Positions 9,041-19,021 of a stretch of DNA of 64,000 nucleotides are shown one piece after another; position 1 is the stretch's first letter, and every line of letters begins with the position of its first letter. Position numbers and translations under genes: made by a program. The notes under the pieces are model-generated. The model worked only from the letters and a program-made list of their open reading frames with translations. It was not told the origin of the DNA and did not search any database. Source of the stretch: a virus; IMG/VR virus record IMGVR_UViG_3300033145_000692, positions 1 to 64,000 of that record; one strand, written 5' to 3'.

Positions 9041-9243
9041 ACAAATTCCTCGTCTGTTAGTGTGTAGGCAGTGATACGACAACGTGTTTCCATCCTTGAA
9101 CTCATCCGTGATATTGCAGAGGCTGGTTCCTGTCGAGAAGTCCAAACGCTGGCTTTGGATTTGGTGACCCACCGGGAACTTGAGTCCTGATTTTGGCGGA
9201 AGTACTTTCCGGAGCCATTGTCGAGAAGCATGTAGACTTTCAT
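9037..9243 (-). CDS. Hypothetical protein
   Basis: Coupled small ORF. Confidence 0.6.
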   Translation of the reverse strand: MKVYMLLDNGSGKYFRQNQDSSSRWVTKSKASVWTSRQEPASAISRMSSRMETRCRITAYTLTDEEFV

Positions 9244-9812
9244 CAGATTAGCACCTTATGTTTGATTCTCACCAGTCGGATAACTTCGAGTGCATCTTCC
9301 ACAGCTTCGTGGGTGACGATGCCTCCTCTCCCAGCCCGTTTCATACAGGTGAGCATGTCAGGCACTGTGAGGTCATTAGGCTCCCAATAGAGCATCCCAG
9401 GGTTGATGGCGCGATGTCTCACCCTTACACCTGTATCCCACCCAGGAAGCTTTTTCAGGAACTGGAGGTCAAAGCTTCCGAAGTTCTTCCCTGCCGGTGT
9501 GAAAGCTCCTGTCCTTGCGTATCCAAGCCCGATAAGCCAGAGTCTGAAAGCCCCTGCCGCCTGATTCGGCAACATGATGGGGACACCGGTCTTACCAGTG
9601 GCGATAGTCCTCAGAATCTCCACGTTGTGCGGCATCGACAAGGCGTAAGGCTCGCCGATAACCGGTGTGTTCTTCACGTAGCAGTTGAACACCTCCAATT
9701 GATCGACTGGTGTTTCCCAATTCTCATAGACTGCGCCGATTTCGAGTATCTGACAGACCTCTGGATTGAGACCAGTTGTCTCGATGTCGATTGAAACGTA
9801 TGGTGGATTCAT
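9243..9812 (-). CDS. DEDDh 3'-5' exonuclease (DnaQ/oligoribonuclease-like)
   Basis: SIDIETTG, AGKNFGSFDLQFL, HEAVEDA. Confidence 0.85.
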   Translation of the reverse strand: MNPPYVSIDIETTGLNPEVCQILEIGAVYENWETPVDQLEVFNCYVKNTPVIGEPYALSMPHNVEILRTIATGKTGVPIMLPNQAAGAFRLWLIGLGYARTGAFTPAGKNFGSFDLQFLKKLPGWDTGVRVRHRAINPGMLYWEPNDLTVPDMLTCMKRAGRGGIVTHEAVEDALEVIRLVRIKHKVLI

Positions 9813-9813
9813 A

Positions 9814-10002
9814 TTAGTCCTTTTCACTCCATCCAAGTTGATCGAGACCATAGTCTCTGATTGTCCGATTTGCTTCAACATCACCAAACTCGTTGGCGAT
9901 CAGACGTAGTTCGAGTGAGATGATGTGGTGAGTGTGCTCCCTGATGTCGAGATACTGAATCTCGTCTTCAATGGAGGCACGGCGGTCAGCTAAAGATGCC
10001 AT
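9814..10002 (-). CDS. Hypothetical protein
   Basis: Coupled small ORF. Confidence 0.6.
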   Translation of the reverse strand: MASLADRRASIEDEIQYLDIREHTHHIISLELRLIANEFGDVEANRTIRDYGLDQLGWSEKD

Positions 10003-10847
10003 CAGTCTCTCCCCATTTTCGCGACCTTCTCCATGATAGACTGACGAGCACCTTCCATAATATCTCGCACATCCTCATGTCGATAGCTTCGCTGGCTGAA
10101 TGGTCTCTTGTGATAAGCGTTCAAGAAACGATCATTGAACTCTCGCAGGTTGGAGCCATAGATGTGGTAGCTGTCTGCGATATGACAGTAGCGACCAACC
10201 CTGACTTCCTCACCAGTGATCTTCGACACTTTTCTGGCAATCAATTTCTGCATCGCCACGAGTGCGAAGATGTTCATGAACGCCGCCTTGTAGGCGTCAT
10301 TGGATCGGAACCGCACGTTCATACTGAGAGTTGGTACGCCATCTATTGGCAGGATGCGGCACCAAAGGCTTTGCAAGCACGCCGGGTCATAGCAGTTGTT
10401 ATCCTCCCAGACCTTCCAGGTGATCGCTTGAGCGCGGCGTGTATGTGGGGATTTCGCTAGCTTCTCAGCCATTAGGTCGATCTGATTAACCTGGTGTGGC
10501 GGACCTACCATTGAGTACTTGAACAACCTTTGATGGTAGGTGTACTCCCAACGTTGGTCAGTGTCATCCAATGGGTCTCGAATCAAGTGATCCTTGATAC
10601 CCTCTGTGACCTCCATGACGTACTCTTGCAGGTCCTCGAAGCCACCAGGCATGTCTCGGTGGATCATTGGTTCTGAGAGCGGGTCATGGATTGTGAGCAA
10701 CATGGTGGCGTCGATACTGGGTGGGTCACCAGGTTTGTCGTATTCGGTCTCAACGCCACATCCGTTGTCATAGAGTTTGATCAGGGATTTCTCCCATGTC
10801 TCGGCGATGCCGATGCCCTCAACATTCAATACTGGAATACCATTCAT
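10002..10847 (-). CDS. thyA: Thymidylate synthase family protein (archaeal-type ThyA; a pyrimidine hydroxymethylase is not excluded)
   Basis: YTYHQRL, TRRA, DPACLQ (catalytic Cys), FRSND, MN (dUMP-specifying Asn), SYHIY. Confidence 0.85.
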   Translation of the reverse strand: MNGIPVLNVEGIGIAETWEKSLIKLYDNGCGVETEYDKPGDPPSIDATMLLTIHDPLSEPMIHRDMPGGFEDLQEYVMEVTEGIKDHLIRDPLDDTDQRWEYTYHQRLFKYSMVGPPHQVNQIDLMAEKLAKSPHTRRAQAITWKVWEDNNCYDPACLQSLWCRILPIDGVPTLSMNVRFRSNDAYKAAFMNIFALVAMQKLIARKVSKITGEEVRVGRYCHIADSYHIYGSNLREFNDRFLNAYHKRPFSQRSYRHEDVRDIMEGARQSIMEKVAKMGRD

Positions 10848-11206
10848 GTGATAGTGTCCTTTCCCAACCATTGTCGGTCGAAATCTTGACAAGCTGTTTC
10901 TGGTGTAACACCGATGCCGTCCACATCACCACATTTACAATGCCAGTCCTCACCATTATAGGCGATTTCGACAGACATACTGGTTGAAGGTCGGATGATG
11001 TTACCGGCTTGTGTGGTCATCCGTTGCTGACCCTTCAATAGGTTTTCAGCCTGTAGCATTGTGAAGCGGGCGGCTTCCGACTTAAATCCTGCTTCGTCTA
11101 CCTGATGCTGAGCGGTTTCAAGACTAAGCTCCAATTTCTTACACTCGCACTCCGAGTTGAGAACTAGGAATTTTCGCGTCAGTTCTTCAACAAGTACATC
11201 TAGCAT
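10844..11206 (-). CDS. Hypothetical coiled-coil protein
   Basis: GGAG RBS; ATGA overlap with thyA. Confidence 0.6.
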   Translation of the reverse strand: MLDVLVEELTRKFLVLNSECECKKLELSLETAQHQVDEAGFKSEAARFTMLQAENLLKGQQRMTTQAGNIIRPSTSMSVEIAYNGEDWHCKCGDVDGIGVTPETACQDFDRQWLGKDTIT

Positions 11207-11634
11207 CTTACAATCTCCAGTAAACGTGGGTTGATTTTCGTGGCAACCCAAATTGGTACCTCTGAGAAGGCTGAGTATCCATGACAAGAATGAGCCCCCT
11301 TCAACATTGCACGTGCCTCCAAATCACGTATCTGGTTTACCTTGCCACGTCCTTCGATTGACATAAGTTGCTGCCAGAGCTTCTCACTGGTTTCGCAACC
11401 CTTTTGAGCCGCTTTCAAGGTGCGGTATAGACCACGCTTGTTCGCGAATCCCCAGTACTCTGTACGGTCAACTGGTGAGCGGATACATCTGACACACGCG
11501 AAGAACCCACCTGGAACCTCAACATCGTAGACCTCATCCCTCCAACTAATCCGGTATTGGTTGGTCTCGTCACGCCACTCCTTGTAGTGTTTGACGGTCT
11601 TCCCTTTGACACGGTGTTTACGTTTGAACTTCAT
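11200..11634 (-). CDS. Hypothetical protein
   Basis: ORF with GAGG RBS. Confidence 0.65.
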   Translation of the reverse strand: MKFKRKHRVKGKTVKHYKEWRDETNQYRISWRDEVYDVEVPGGFFACVRCIRSPVDRTEYWGFANKRGLYRTLKAAQKGCETSEKLWQQLMSIEGRGKVNQIRDLEARAMLKGAHSCHGYSAFSEVPIWVATKINPRLLEIVRC

Positions 11635-11700
11635 TGTGATCCTCTACTTGGTAGAAAACCTGATAGGTCCCTGTGGACCTACCAGGTATCAATGACCAAC

Positions 11701-11925
11701 TCACTGTCCGTTACCAACACCCTTTCGCCTGCGCTGACCTCTCATGTGTCGCGGAGCCATTAACGAGTATCGCATGTGGAGTTGTGCTGGACGGCTCCCG
11801 AACATGACCTTTTTGAGTGACAGTGCATCACACTCGGGGCATTTTTTCGGGTGGGATTCTTTCAACCCCATCAGCTTTTCAAGGATGTGACCACACTTGC
11901 CACATTTGAACTCATACATCGGCAT
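11701..11925 (-). CDS. FmdB-family zinc-ribbon protein
   Basis: MPMYEFKCGKCGH...CPEC. Confidence 0.8.
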   Translation of the reverse strand: MPMYEFKCGKCGHILEKLMGLKESHPKKCPECDALSLKKVMFGSRPAQLHMRYSLMAPRHMRGQRRRKGVGNGQ

Positions 11926-12179
11926 TACTTGCCCTCCGGAAGGACCCCTGTGACAACCACAGTGTTCTTCAGGTTTTTGATCAACACTGGGCGACCGAAG
12001 TCGTTCACACCAGACACTCGAACACCGGCCGAGGTATCACGAACTGCCTGGACTACCAGACGTTTCAGCCACAGCTTACTACCACGTCGGACGGCATAGA
12101 TGATGGTATCGTTGGAATTGATGGGGTTCCCCAAAAAATCCACCACACTAATGGGGGCACTTTCAATCGGTTCAGACAT
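11925..12179 (-). CDS. Hypothetical protein
   Basis: AGGAG RBS; DFLGNPI..NDTIIY motif. Confidence 0.7.
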   Translation of the reverse strand: MSEPIESAPISVVDFLGNPINSNDTIIYAVRRGSKLWLKRLVVQAVRDTSAGVRVSGVNDFGRPVLIKNLKNTVVVTGVLPEGK

Positions 12180-12199
12180 GATTACTCCTGGTGGGTTGG

Positions 12200-12925
12200 T
12201 TAAGCGTTAAGTATCTTGAGCCCATGCTCTTCCGCAATCCGTTCACAATAGTTCCTACTGATGTCCATCGTGGTACACTTCCTGCCGATCTCTCCACAAA
12301 CTCGGAGCGTCGTACCAGTGCCAGCAAAGGGGTCAACAACATGGTCGTCATCTTCTGTGCAGGATAGGATGCAGCGTTCGACTAACCCTTCATTGAGTTG
12401 TGTCTTGTGCCATGTCCGTCTTTGCTTAGAGTTGCCTGTGACTCTTGTGAAATTGAACACATCGCCTGGCACCCTTCCACGTGGGTCTGCCCGTATGTCG
12501 CCCATCCTTTGACGCTCTGATTCCACCCTGATCTGCTCTGGGTAGAACATCGAGTTCTCATGGCGGAACCTCCATAGTGGGCGATGGTTGTTGCCGAAGT
12601 CTTTTTGATTGTGTTGTCCAAACGTGAAAGTCTGGACGCAAGGCTTGAAGTCCAAGTCCTCATAAGTATCCAATAGCCTCCCTGCTATGATACCCATCTC
12701 GACCATCCATTTGGCGTTAAAGCTGACCCATGTGGTGTCAGCTAGACCTACAAAGGTTCTCATCCACTCCCCCAGGAGTGCGACATACACATCTGAAGGG
12801 AGCTTATCGGTGTAGCCGTCATACTTCAACCCGATATTGTCCGGAGGGTCTGCAAAGATGCAGTCGATGTGATCCCCTAGCCCAGGTAGGATATCAAGGC
12901 AGTCGCCATGGAAAAGTCTTTTCAT
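12200..12925 (-). CDS. DNA N4/N6 methyltransferase (beta class) with variant DPPD motif
   Basis: HGDCLDIL, FADPPDN, HKTQ, VVDPFAGTGTT; leaderless ATG. Confidence 0.85.
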   Translation of the reverse strand: MKRLFHGDCLDILPGLGDHIDCIFADPPDNIGLKYDGYTDKLPSDVYVALLGEWMRTFVGLADTTWVSFNAKWMVEMGIIAGRLLDTYEDLDFKPCVQTFTFGQHNQKDFGNNHRPLWRFRHENSMFYPEQIRVESERQRMGDIRADPRGRVPGDVFNFTRVTGNSKQRRTWHKTQLNEGLVERCILSCTEDDDHVVDPFAGTGTTLRVCGEIGRKCTTMDISRNYCERIAEEHGLKILNA

Positions 12926-12931
12926 ACTACA

Positions 12932-12960
12932 AGTATACCACAAAGGTTGATGGTTGTCAA
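12932..12960 (-). promoter_or_regulatory. Sigma70-type promoter, probably leaderless
   Basis: TTGACA-N17(ending TGG)-TATACT-TGTAGT-ATG. Confidence 0.8.
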
Positions 12961-12969
12961 GTTGGAAAT

Positions 12970-13368
12970 TCAACGATTGTCGCCATCCCCCTTCAGAGTA
13001 CCCCTCTCTTGACGGCTGGCTAATTTATCAAGATTCTCTTGCGCGACATCTTCCAAGTCAATTCCAATATCGTAAGCAAGTGCCGCTACATACCAGCAAA
13101 TATCACCTATTTCGGAGGCAATAGCGGCTTTCCGCTCTGGTGTCAAGATTCCATCATCATCCCTCAAGATTTTCTTAACCTGGTTAGCGACCTGTCCTGT
13201 GTGACTGGCTAACATTAGTGTATCCCTTCGAGTCGCCGGGCATTTGACATCGGCAATCTTCTCAGCTAATTCGCCAACTTCCCCACTGAGACCTAATGCA
13301 GGGTAAGTAATCTTGTCCTTGTAGATAGCAGTCTTGATAGCAGCTGCTTGGTATTCATTGAGATTCAA
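12970..13368 (-). CDS. mazG: MazG-like nucleotide pyrophosphohydrolase
   Basis: EYQAAA, LGLSGEVGE, EIGDICWY, ENLDKLASR...GDGDNR. Confidence 0.85.
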   Translation of the reverse strand: MNLNEYQAAAIKTAIYKDKITYPALGLSGEVGELAEKIADVKCPATRRDTLMLASHTGQVANQVKKILRDDDGILTPERKAAIASEIGDICWYVAALAYDIGIDLEDVAQENLDKLASRQERGTLKGDGDNR

Positions 13369-13729
13369 TTTGAAGCTCCTTTCTCTTTGTGATTATAGCT
13401 TGCCTAGCTTCTTCAATGGTATCAAAATGACCAAGACGGTATCTCTCGCCATCAATTTGAAATTCAGCGTTGAATTTATCACCATGGGGTGAAACACCTT
13501 TCACACTTGTTTGGGAATTTCCTTGCGCCGAGTCAATATGTCGTGGACCTTTAATATGCTTCCAACATACACCCAACCTGATATCCCCAATATGTCCCCG
13601 TGATAATCCATAACCATTCTTGGTACTTCCAGTCCATTCTCAGCAGTCATCAAAACCCTTCTTGTCAACTCTTGACCAGAAGAATGTAATGTCACTTTCT
13701 GTCAACTCTGGTATAGGCAAATGTTTCAC
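13355..13729 (-). pseudogene. Degenerate HNH-AP2 homing endonuclease (HNH core lost; TGA at 13640-13642 replaces a conserved Trp)
   Basis: MKHLPIPELTESDITFFWSRVDKKGFDDC*EWTG...GYG followed by AP2-like KGVS...RLGHFDTIEEA. Confidence 0.75.
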
Positions 13730-14283
13730 TAGGGTGTCCAAAGCTCCCCATTGAAGAGAACCTCAAAGACAAGATCGGGGTCTTCGCCAAAGACTTCGCC
13801 ATCCTCGAAAAGTTTCCCGTCGTAGTACACCCGCTCGACACCACCCTCTTGCAACATCATGTCCCCAATGTCGATTGACTCTTGCCAGCGGGCAGGTGTT
13901 CGATCGAACGTGGAGATGTGACCGACCACCCTCTTGATGCCAGCACCGATGATCGCTCTGGCACAGTCAGCACAGGAAAACCAGGGTGCATACATAGTCG
14001 CACCTAAGGTTGTGATACCTCTCAAAGCAGCCAAGAGAATACAGTCTCGCTCAGCGTGTTCGATATAGAGATACTTGTTAGGTCGGACGGTACGTCGTCG
14101 CTCGGTTACCTTTACCCCTTTCGGGAAGTGATTGACTCCGAAGACAATCTGACCTGAGTTGTTAGCCGGTACCAGGACGGCACCACACTGAGTACTCAGA
14201 TCGTCACTAAAGTCGCGAGCGTTCCGATAGGCTGTGCGAAGCCAGTCTCGCGTGTCGAAATCCTGGTAAGTTTTATCACCCAT
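13729..14283 (-). CDS. dCMP deaminase
   Basis: TQCGAVL, EHAERD, PWFSCADCARAIIGAGI. Confidence 0.9.
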   Translation of the reverse strand: MGDKTYQDFDTRDWLRTAYRNARDFSDDLSTQCGAVLVPANNSGQIVFGVNHFPKGVKVTERRRTVRPNKYLYIEHAERDCILLAALRGITTLGATMYAPWFSCADCARAIIGAGIKRVVGHISTFDRTPARWQESIDIGDMMLQEGGVERVYYDGKLFEDGEVFGEDPDLVFEVLFNGELWTP

Positions 14284-14579
14284 CAAAGAACCTCCACTGT
14301 GATCCGTAACTTGGTCTGACGTGTCTTGACAGGGACACCTTCCTCCGGTCGCATCCCTTGAGATCGCATCTTGTCGAGCGTGTCAAATATCTCGTCGAAT
14401 TCCTCGTCAGTCGGGAAGCCAAGTTCATCGGTGATCTTGGTCTCCAATCTTGGTTGCTCGCCAATGCGATTGGGGTCTGCATCCGGATCAATGATGAGGA
14501 CATGCTTTGAGTTTTGTTCGTCGGCAAAGTAAGCTAGGGTGAAGTCACCCTCGATAACAAATTGTGTCGTCTCAGCCAT
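14283..14579 (-). CDS. Acidic hypothetical protein
   Basis: AAGGAG RBS; coupled to the dCMP deaminase. Confidence 0.7.
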   Translation of the reverse strand: MAETTQFVIEGDFTLAYFADEQNSKHVLIIDPDADPNRIGEQPRLETKITDELGFPTDEEFDEIFDTLDKMRSQGMRPEEGVPVKTRQTKLRITVEVL

Positions 14580-14589
14580 GGTAGTTCTC

Positions 14590-14632
14590 CTTAGGGTTAC
14601 TTAGGGTTACTTAGGGTTACTTAGGGTTACTT
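14590..14632. repeat. Tandem repeat (TTAGGGTTAC)x4 overlapping the RNR stop codon
   Basis: Directly visible. Confidence 0.95.
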
Positions 14633-17600
14633 GACAGGACATGATCCACCTTGGCATTCAAGCGAATCAACCATATCAATCTCTCGATCATCGGTGATCT
14701 GCGTAATTGGTTTGACTACCTCCATCAGTTCCATATACTGCGTTGGTGTGATTTTCTCAAGTGGTGCCTGGCGGAATCCATGGTCCATCGCGTGCATGAA
14801 GCTACAGGTCTTCACACTCGAAGCGTAGTTGAGCGCTAACCACTCTTGTATTTGGTCAACCTCCTTGCGTTGGAAGTAGTGACTACAACTGACTGACTGG
14901 TCCGACCAGTAAGTTTGAAGGAACCTCTGTACTTCCAGTTCATCAAGTACACTTACCTTGTCCTCCGTTACAGCTTTCGGTCCATAGTCCATTGGGAACG
15001 AAACAACCATGGTGTCAAGATTGTGAGAACCATCAAGGTTCAACTCCGGCTCGATGTGGTAGTTGTGCTGTCGGCAGATTTCAATGAGTGGGTCGTTCGC
15101 TGCGAATCGTATCCGACGTATCAGGTAACGACTGAATGCGGCGTGCATCCCAGGTGTACACCCATATGGCAACAGACTGACAGTGTTGTGACTTTTGAAA
15201 GCCCCATTGTAATACCAGTGTTCATTCTCCACTTCGATATCATACGTAGATACCATAGAGTGAGGGGTAACACCTTTTACAAGACCCACATGCGGACTAT
15301 TCTTACCAGGGCGGTCAGTGGTATAGGGACCAGTAACACCTATCGCTTTGACAGAATGGCTCAGAACCCTTTCAAGACTCTCCGAGGTACTGCGAGCACA
15401 AGCTGTCAATACCCACATATTCTTTTCACTTTGAAAATTCTCCCCCTTAGTGTTATGAGAGAGTCCCATTACCAGACCTATCGCCAAACCCACCTGTTGA
15501 ACTTCACGGAGAAATTCCTCATTTGCCTGTGTGATGCAAAAAGTCCAGTAATCTGTAGACTCATAGACGCAACCATCTGAGTCAACAAGACCCGCAAAAT
15601 AAGCCAGCAAATGCTCAACTGAAGACTCTCGTACTACTCGAACAACATTTCCGCTCTTTTCCAAGTTGTTTGCAAGAAACCAGTGATAGAGCATCTTGGA
15701 AGCAAACGCTATTTCAAATGCCTCACGATTCGAGGCTGGGAGTATTTTCGCTTGCACACCAAATGCTTCTCCAATAATACTAGACACCCGTTCCAGGGTA
15801 TCCTTATGATCCTTGACAAACCTCACGCGGTATTTACCCTCTGAAAGACAACCATCACCTTGAAAGAACCCTAACAACCACGCAAGATCGGTTGTCATCT
15901 TTTTTGGTTGTTTGATACGTTTAGTATCACTTTTGGTGATAAGTTTGTCTTGGTCAATACTTGTGAAGGTTGATGCCGTCATCGAGGTATAGGACCCCTG
16001 GTTGAATTCCAAAATGTCCTCGGGTTGCAGGTGACAGGTTTTAACCCATCTCCCTACAGGTTTTAATCCTGCCATTCCATTGTATTTTCGATGTCTTTTT
16101 ACAAACCATGGATGATCAGCAGTTGAGAGGAGTCGGGTATTATATGACAAACTGATAGCATAAACCTGTTGAATGCCATTGTCATAGGTCCCTATAATCC
16201 TGTTGGATTCAGGTCCTTGCAATACTTCGTGGTCCCCTTGGAATTTACTCCACTCACCAGTGTGTCCCTCCATGAGTTCATCCAATTTGAGGATACCTCG
16301 ATTAGTGGTCGTAAGCTCAGAAGCCGGTCTACAACCTGAAGGTTTCACCGTCGTGAGCTTCACACTCGTCGGGACACCAAGCTGCTTACTATAGACCCCG
16401 TCGGCAGCCTCCAACGCACGGTAAGCTGAATCGACGATCGACTTGTTGTGCGCCCACGGAGCAGACATCCAACCACTCAGGCTGACTCCGACTCGGTAGT
16501 TTCGATGCACCACCTCTTCTGTCTTGGGGTATAGGTAATGGTAGTTGGCGATCGTCTTGGTTGCTTTGTACAACGGAATCAGAATCTTAATCCACTCATC
16601 CAGTCCAGAGATGTTGGGCAACAAGGTCTCTGCTAAGTTGCAGGACTCTCGATCTTCTAATGTGCTCTCCCCACAATTTTTGGAGTTGACCATCACCCAT
16701 CTGTGCCGTCCATAATCGTTAATACCTTCATCAAAACAGCCAAGGAAGAAATTGTGAAAATCATCAACAGTCCCGTTCCAAACGTCCTCATACCCGTCCT
16801 CAGTGATGGATACAATTCGATGATTGTGAGTTTCGGTGGCAGCACAGAGTAATTTCCATGAAGCAAATGGTGAAGATTTTCGACTTACCTCGGGGCTGAC
16901 ACCTTGATCTCGGCAAGCTTGCATCCATTCTTTCTTTTGTGGTTTCATACCCAGTTCCATTTTCAACTTGGTGAAGACATCAAGTTGTTGCCGACGGATA
17001 ACTTTTTGCTTCGAGTCAATAATCTTCCTGTTGGTTTCGCGAGCTTTTGATGTATCTCGTAGAGTATTGGCACACGAGAATCCACAACACGCATTCTCCC
17101 GTCTTCGGTGGTGAATCCAGAAAGATTTCCCACAGGCTTCACACTTTTTCACCACATCCACCGTGTTGTCTTTGATGCGTGCTTCATACCCAGAAGCTAA
17201 CATGTCTTGGTATACACGTATAGTCCGTGGGTCACCATCAGACACCACACCTGCAAGATTCCCACAAAGCATGGAGAATGCGAAATAACCATCAGCGATG
17301 TTACTTCGATAACCACTTCCCTGGAAATTCAACTCAGGGTGGGAAGATCTTTTCCATTCTTTAACTGAGAACCGTCGCCCAAGTTTTTTACAAAATGCAA
17401 CACCGAGAGCAATGATTTCATCATTGTTGAACCCTGAGAAATTAGGGTTACTTCCCCCCTTACTGTGTTGCGAAAGATGTTCAGTGGCGTCTCGAACACT
17501 CAGATTCGATAAGTCATTGTTCAACCTGTCACCATCTTTGTGGTGAACGTGTTTCCCAGTGAGATCAGGTTCACCATGAAACCTTGCAATTTCCTGGTGT

Positions 17601-19021
17601 TCATAGAACCTTCCATAACCTCCGAATGACATGTACGTATACAAGTCACCTCGGGAATTTCCATCACAATCTTCAGGGACATACCTGGTCATGATACGAA
17701 GACCAGTACCAATATCAAGTTGATCAACTCTTCGCATGACGCCATCACTACAGAGAAATTTGTGGTTCCCTGTTACTCGAAGTGATTGGTTATTGTCGAA
17801 AGTTACCTTATAGACTTTCTGTTGGTGCCCTGTAACACGTGGGTTGCGCATCATCCGAACAGTAACCTCATCGGAGTCACTGAGGCAATAGACAGGGGTA
17901 TCTCCATCCAGCTTGTTGATGGCAATTGCCCCCCTACCATCAGCAACAGCTACAAGAGTATCACCAGTCACGCACGGGTTGCAACCTACAACGCGAAAGT
18001 CAGGTCGGTAGTCCAACCCGTCAGCCAAACGACCCAACCTCTGACAATTCTCCAGGTTGAGCAGACCATAGCACTCCCCGTTCGCCCGGTAAGGTTCCCA
18101 GTACGCTTCGGGTAAGTCTTGAATCCTATGACAAGCGATGGTGTTGTTCGACATCCGCCTCCAGTTGGGCACCGTGTGTTTGTTCCAGTTCTTCGCCTGG
18201 ATGAAATCCAAATCCTGGTGATGTCCAATGGCGATTTGACTGGACCGTCGAACATTACCCGACACGACAATCGTACCAATAATGTTCATGATGTCCATAC
18301 AGTCGATCGGTCGAAGTTTTTCCCCCACCCTCTTATGGAGAATTTCAACGATCTGCATAATACCTTTCACCAGGGGTTCGGAACCACTGGCAATACCACC
18401 AAAACTATGGATGACTTTCCCGGCGGATCGAACACACTGTGTTGAGAATGCCAATGGCTTCCCGTCAATGAAGAATGCCTGTAGTACACGTCGCAACAGT
18501 TCGATCCATCCTTCACGGTTGTCTGGGACGATAAAGTCACAGTCGGGCGTCTCGGCGCGGACAACGGGAGGATCATATTTGACGCGAGGTAACTCATAGA
18601 CGTACTCTGGGAGGATGTTGAATCCAACACCTCCACCTAGCATCAACTCATCAAAAGCGAAGCAGAAAGATTCCAGATCGTTACAGACAACCAGCCAACA
18701 GTTCTGAAGGCTGTCAGCGCCCAGACGTTCAACGGTGTCAGTACCAAGTTGCCATATTGCACGCCCGCTCGGCAGTCCCTTCAGGTGAAACATGTTGTCA
18801 TAGAGGCTGGTCAGTTCGGAGTCTTTGAATAGTCCGCCGATTTCCACTAGACCGTTGCAAACTCTGGCACAGGTCTCATGCCACTCTTCCGTTCTCCCTA
18901 AGTCAGTGATCATCCTGGCGTAGGTTCGTTTGTATGTGACATACCCTACAGGCCCCCATGGCGGCACCATGTCTTCATACTGTTTGAGGAACGTCCTCGG
19001 TAGCCCTATCGAATAACTCAT
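14627..19021 (-). CDS. nrdJ: Class II (adenosylcobalamin) monomeric-type ribonucleotide reductase with two inteins
   Basis: YKRTYAR, NCW, GGGVGF, GNVRRS, NP|CGE...CNLAE, TTVKPSG|TVSLL, C-terminal CQGGSCPVK; extein about 648 aa. Confidence 0.93.
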   Translation of the reverse strand: MSYSIGLPRTFLKQYEDMVPPWGPVGYVTYKRTYARMITDLGRTEEWHETCARVCNGLVEIGGLFKDSELTSLYDNMFHLKGLPSGRAIWQLGTDTVERLGADSLQNCWLVVCNDLESFCFAFDELMLGGGVGFNILPEYVYELPRVKYDPPVVRAETPDCDFIVPDNREGWIELLRRVLQAFFIDGKPLAFSTQCVRSAGKVIHSFGGIASGSEPLVKGIMQIVEILHKRVGEKLRPIDCMDIMNIIGTIVVSGNVRRSSQIAIGHHQDLDFIQAKNWNKHTVPNWRRMSNNTIACHRIQDLPEAYWEPYRANGECYGLLNLENCQRLGRLADGLDYRPDFRVVGCNPCVTGDTLVAVADGRGAIAINKLDGDTPVYCLSDSDEVTVRMMRNPRVTGHQQKVYKVTFDNNQSLRVTGNHKFLCSDGVMRRVDQLDIGTGLRIMTRYVPEDCDGNSRGDLYTYMSFGGYGRFYEHQEIARFHGEPDLTGKHVHHKDGDRLNNDLSNLSVRDATEHLSQHSKGGSNPNFSGFNNDEIIALGVAFCKKLGRRFSVKEWKRSSHPELNFQGSGYRSNIADGYFAFSMLCGNLAGVVSDGDPRTIRVYQDMLASGYEARIKDNTVDVVKKCEACGKSFWIHHRRRENACCGFSCANTLRDTSKARETNRKIIDSKQKVIRRQQLDVFTKLKMELGMKPQKKEWMQACRDQGVSPEVSRKSSPFASWKLLCAATETHNHRIVSITEDGYEDVWNGTVDDFHNFFLGCFDEGINDYGRHRWVMVNSKNCGESTLEDRESCNLAETLLPNISGLDEWIKILIPLYKATKTIANYHYLYPKTEEVVHRNYRVGVSLSGWMSAPWAHNKSIVDSAYRALEAADGVYSKQLGVPTSVKLTTVKPSGCRPASELTTTNRGILKLDELMEGHTGEWSKFQGDHEVLQGPESNRIIGTYDNGIQQVYAISLSYNTRLLSTADHPWFVKRHRKYNGMAGLKPVGRWVKTCHLQPEDILEFNQGSYTSMTASTFTSIDQDKLITKSDTKRIKQPKKMTTDLAWLLGFFQGDGCLSEGKYRVRFVKDHKDTLERVSSIIGEAFGVQAKILPASNREAFEIAFASKMLYHWFLANNLEKSGNVVRVVRESSVEHLLAYFAGLVDSDGCVYESTDYWTFCITQANEEFLREVQQVGLAIGLVMGLSHNTKGENFQSEKNMWVLTACARSTSESLERVLSHSVKAIGVTGPYTTDRPGKNSPHVGLVKGVTPHSMVSTYDIEVENEHWYYNGAFKSHNTVSLLPYGCTPGMHAAFSRYLIRRIRFAANDPLIEICRQHNYHIEPELNLDGSHNLDTMVVSFPMDYGPKAVTEDKVSVLDELEVQRFLQTYWSDQSVSCSHYFQRKEVDQIQEWLALNYASSVKTCSFMHAMDHGFRQAPLEKITPTQYMELMEVVKPITQITDDREIDMVDSLECQGGSCPVK
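15185..16333 (-). mobile_element. Intein 2 in NrdJ (383 aa) with LAGLIDADG endonuclease
   Basis: KPSG|CRPAS...TADHPW...FKSHN|TVS; LAWLLGFFQGDG and YFAGLVDSDG. Confidence 0.9.
16676..17974 (-). mobile_element. Intein 1 in NrdJ (433 aa) with HNH endonuclease and Zn finger
   Basis: NP|CVTGDT...TGNHKF...NSKN|CGE; HHKDGDRLNN; CEAC...CCGFSC. Confidence 0.9.

Noticed and set aside
14590-14632. Telomere-like TTAGGG repeat as a telomere or eukaryotic insert
   Set aside because: The unit is 10 bp, derives from the nrdJ stop region and lies inside a phage operon.
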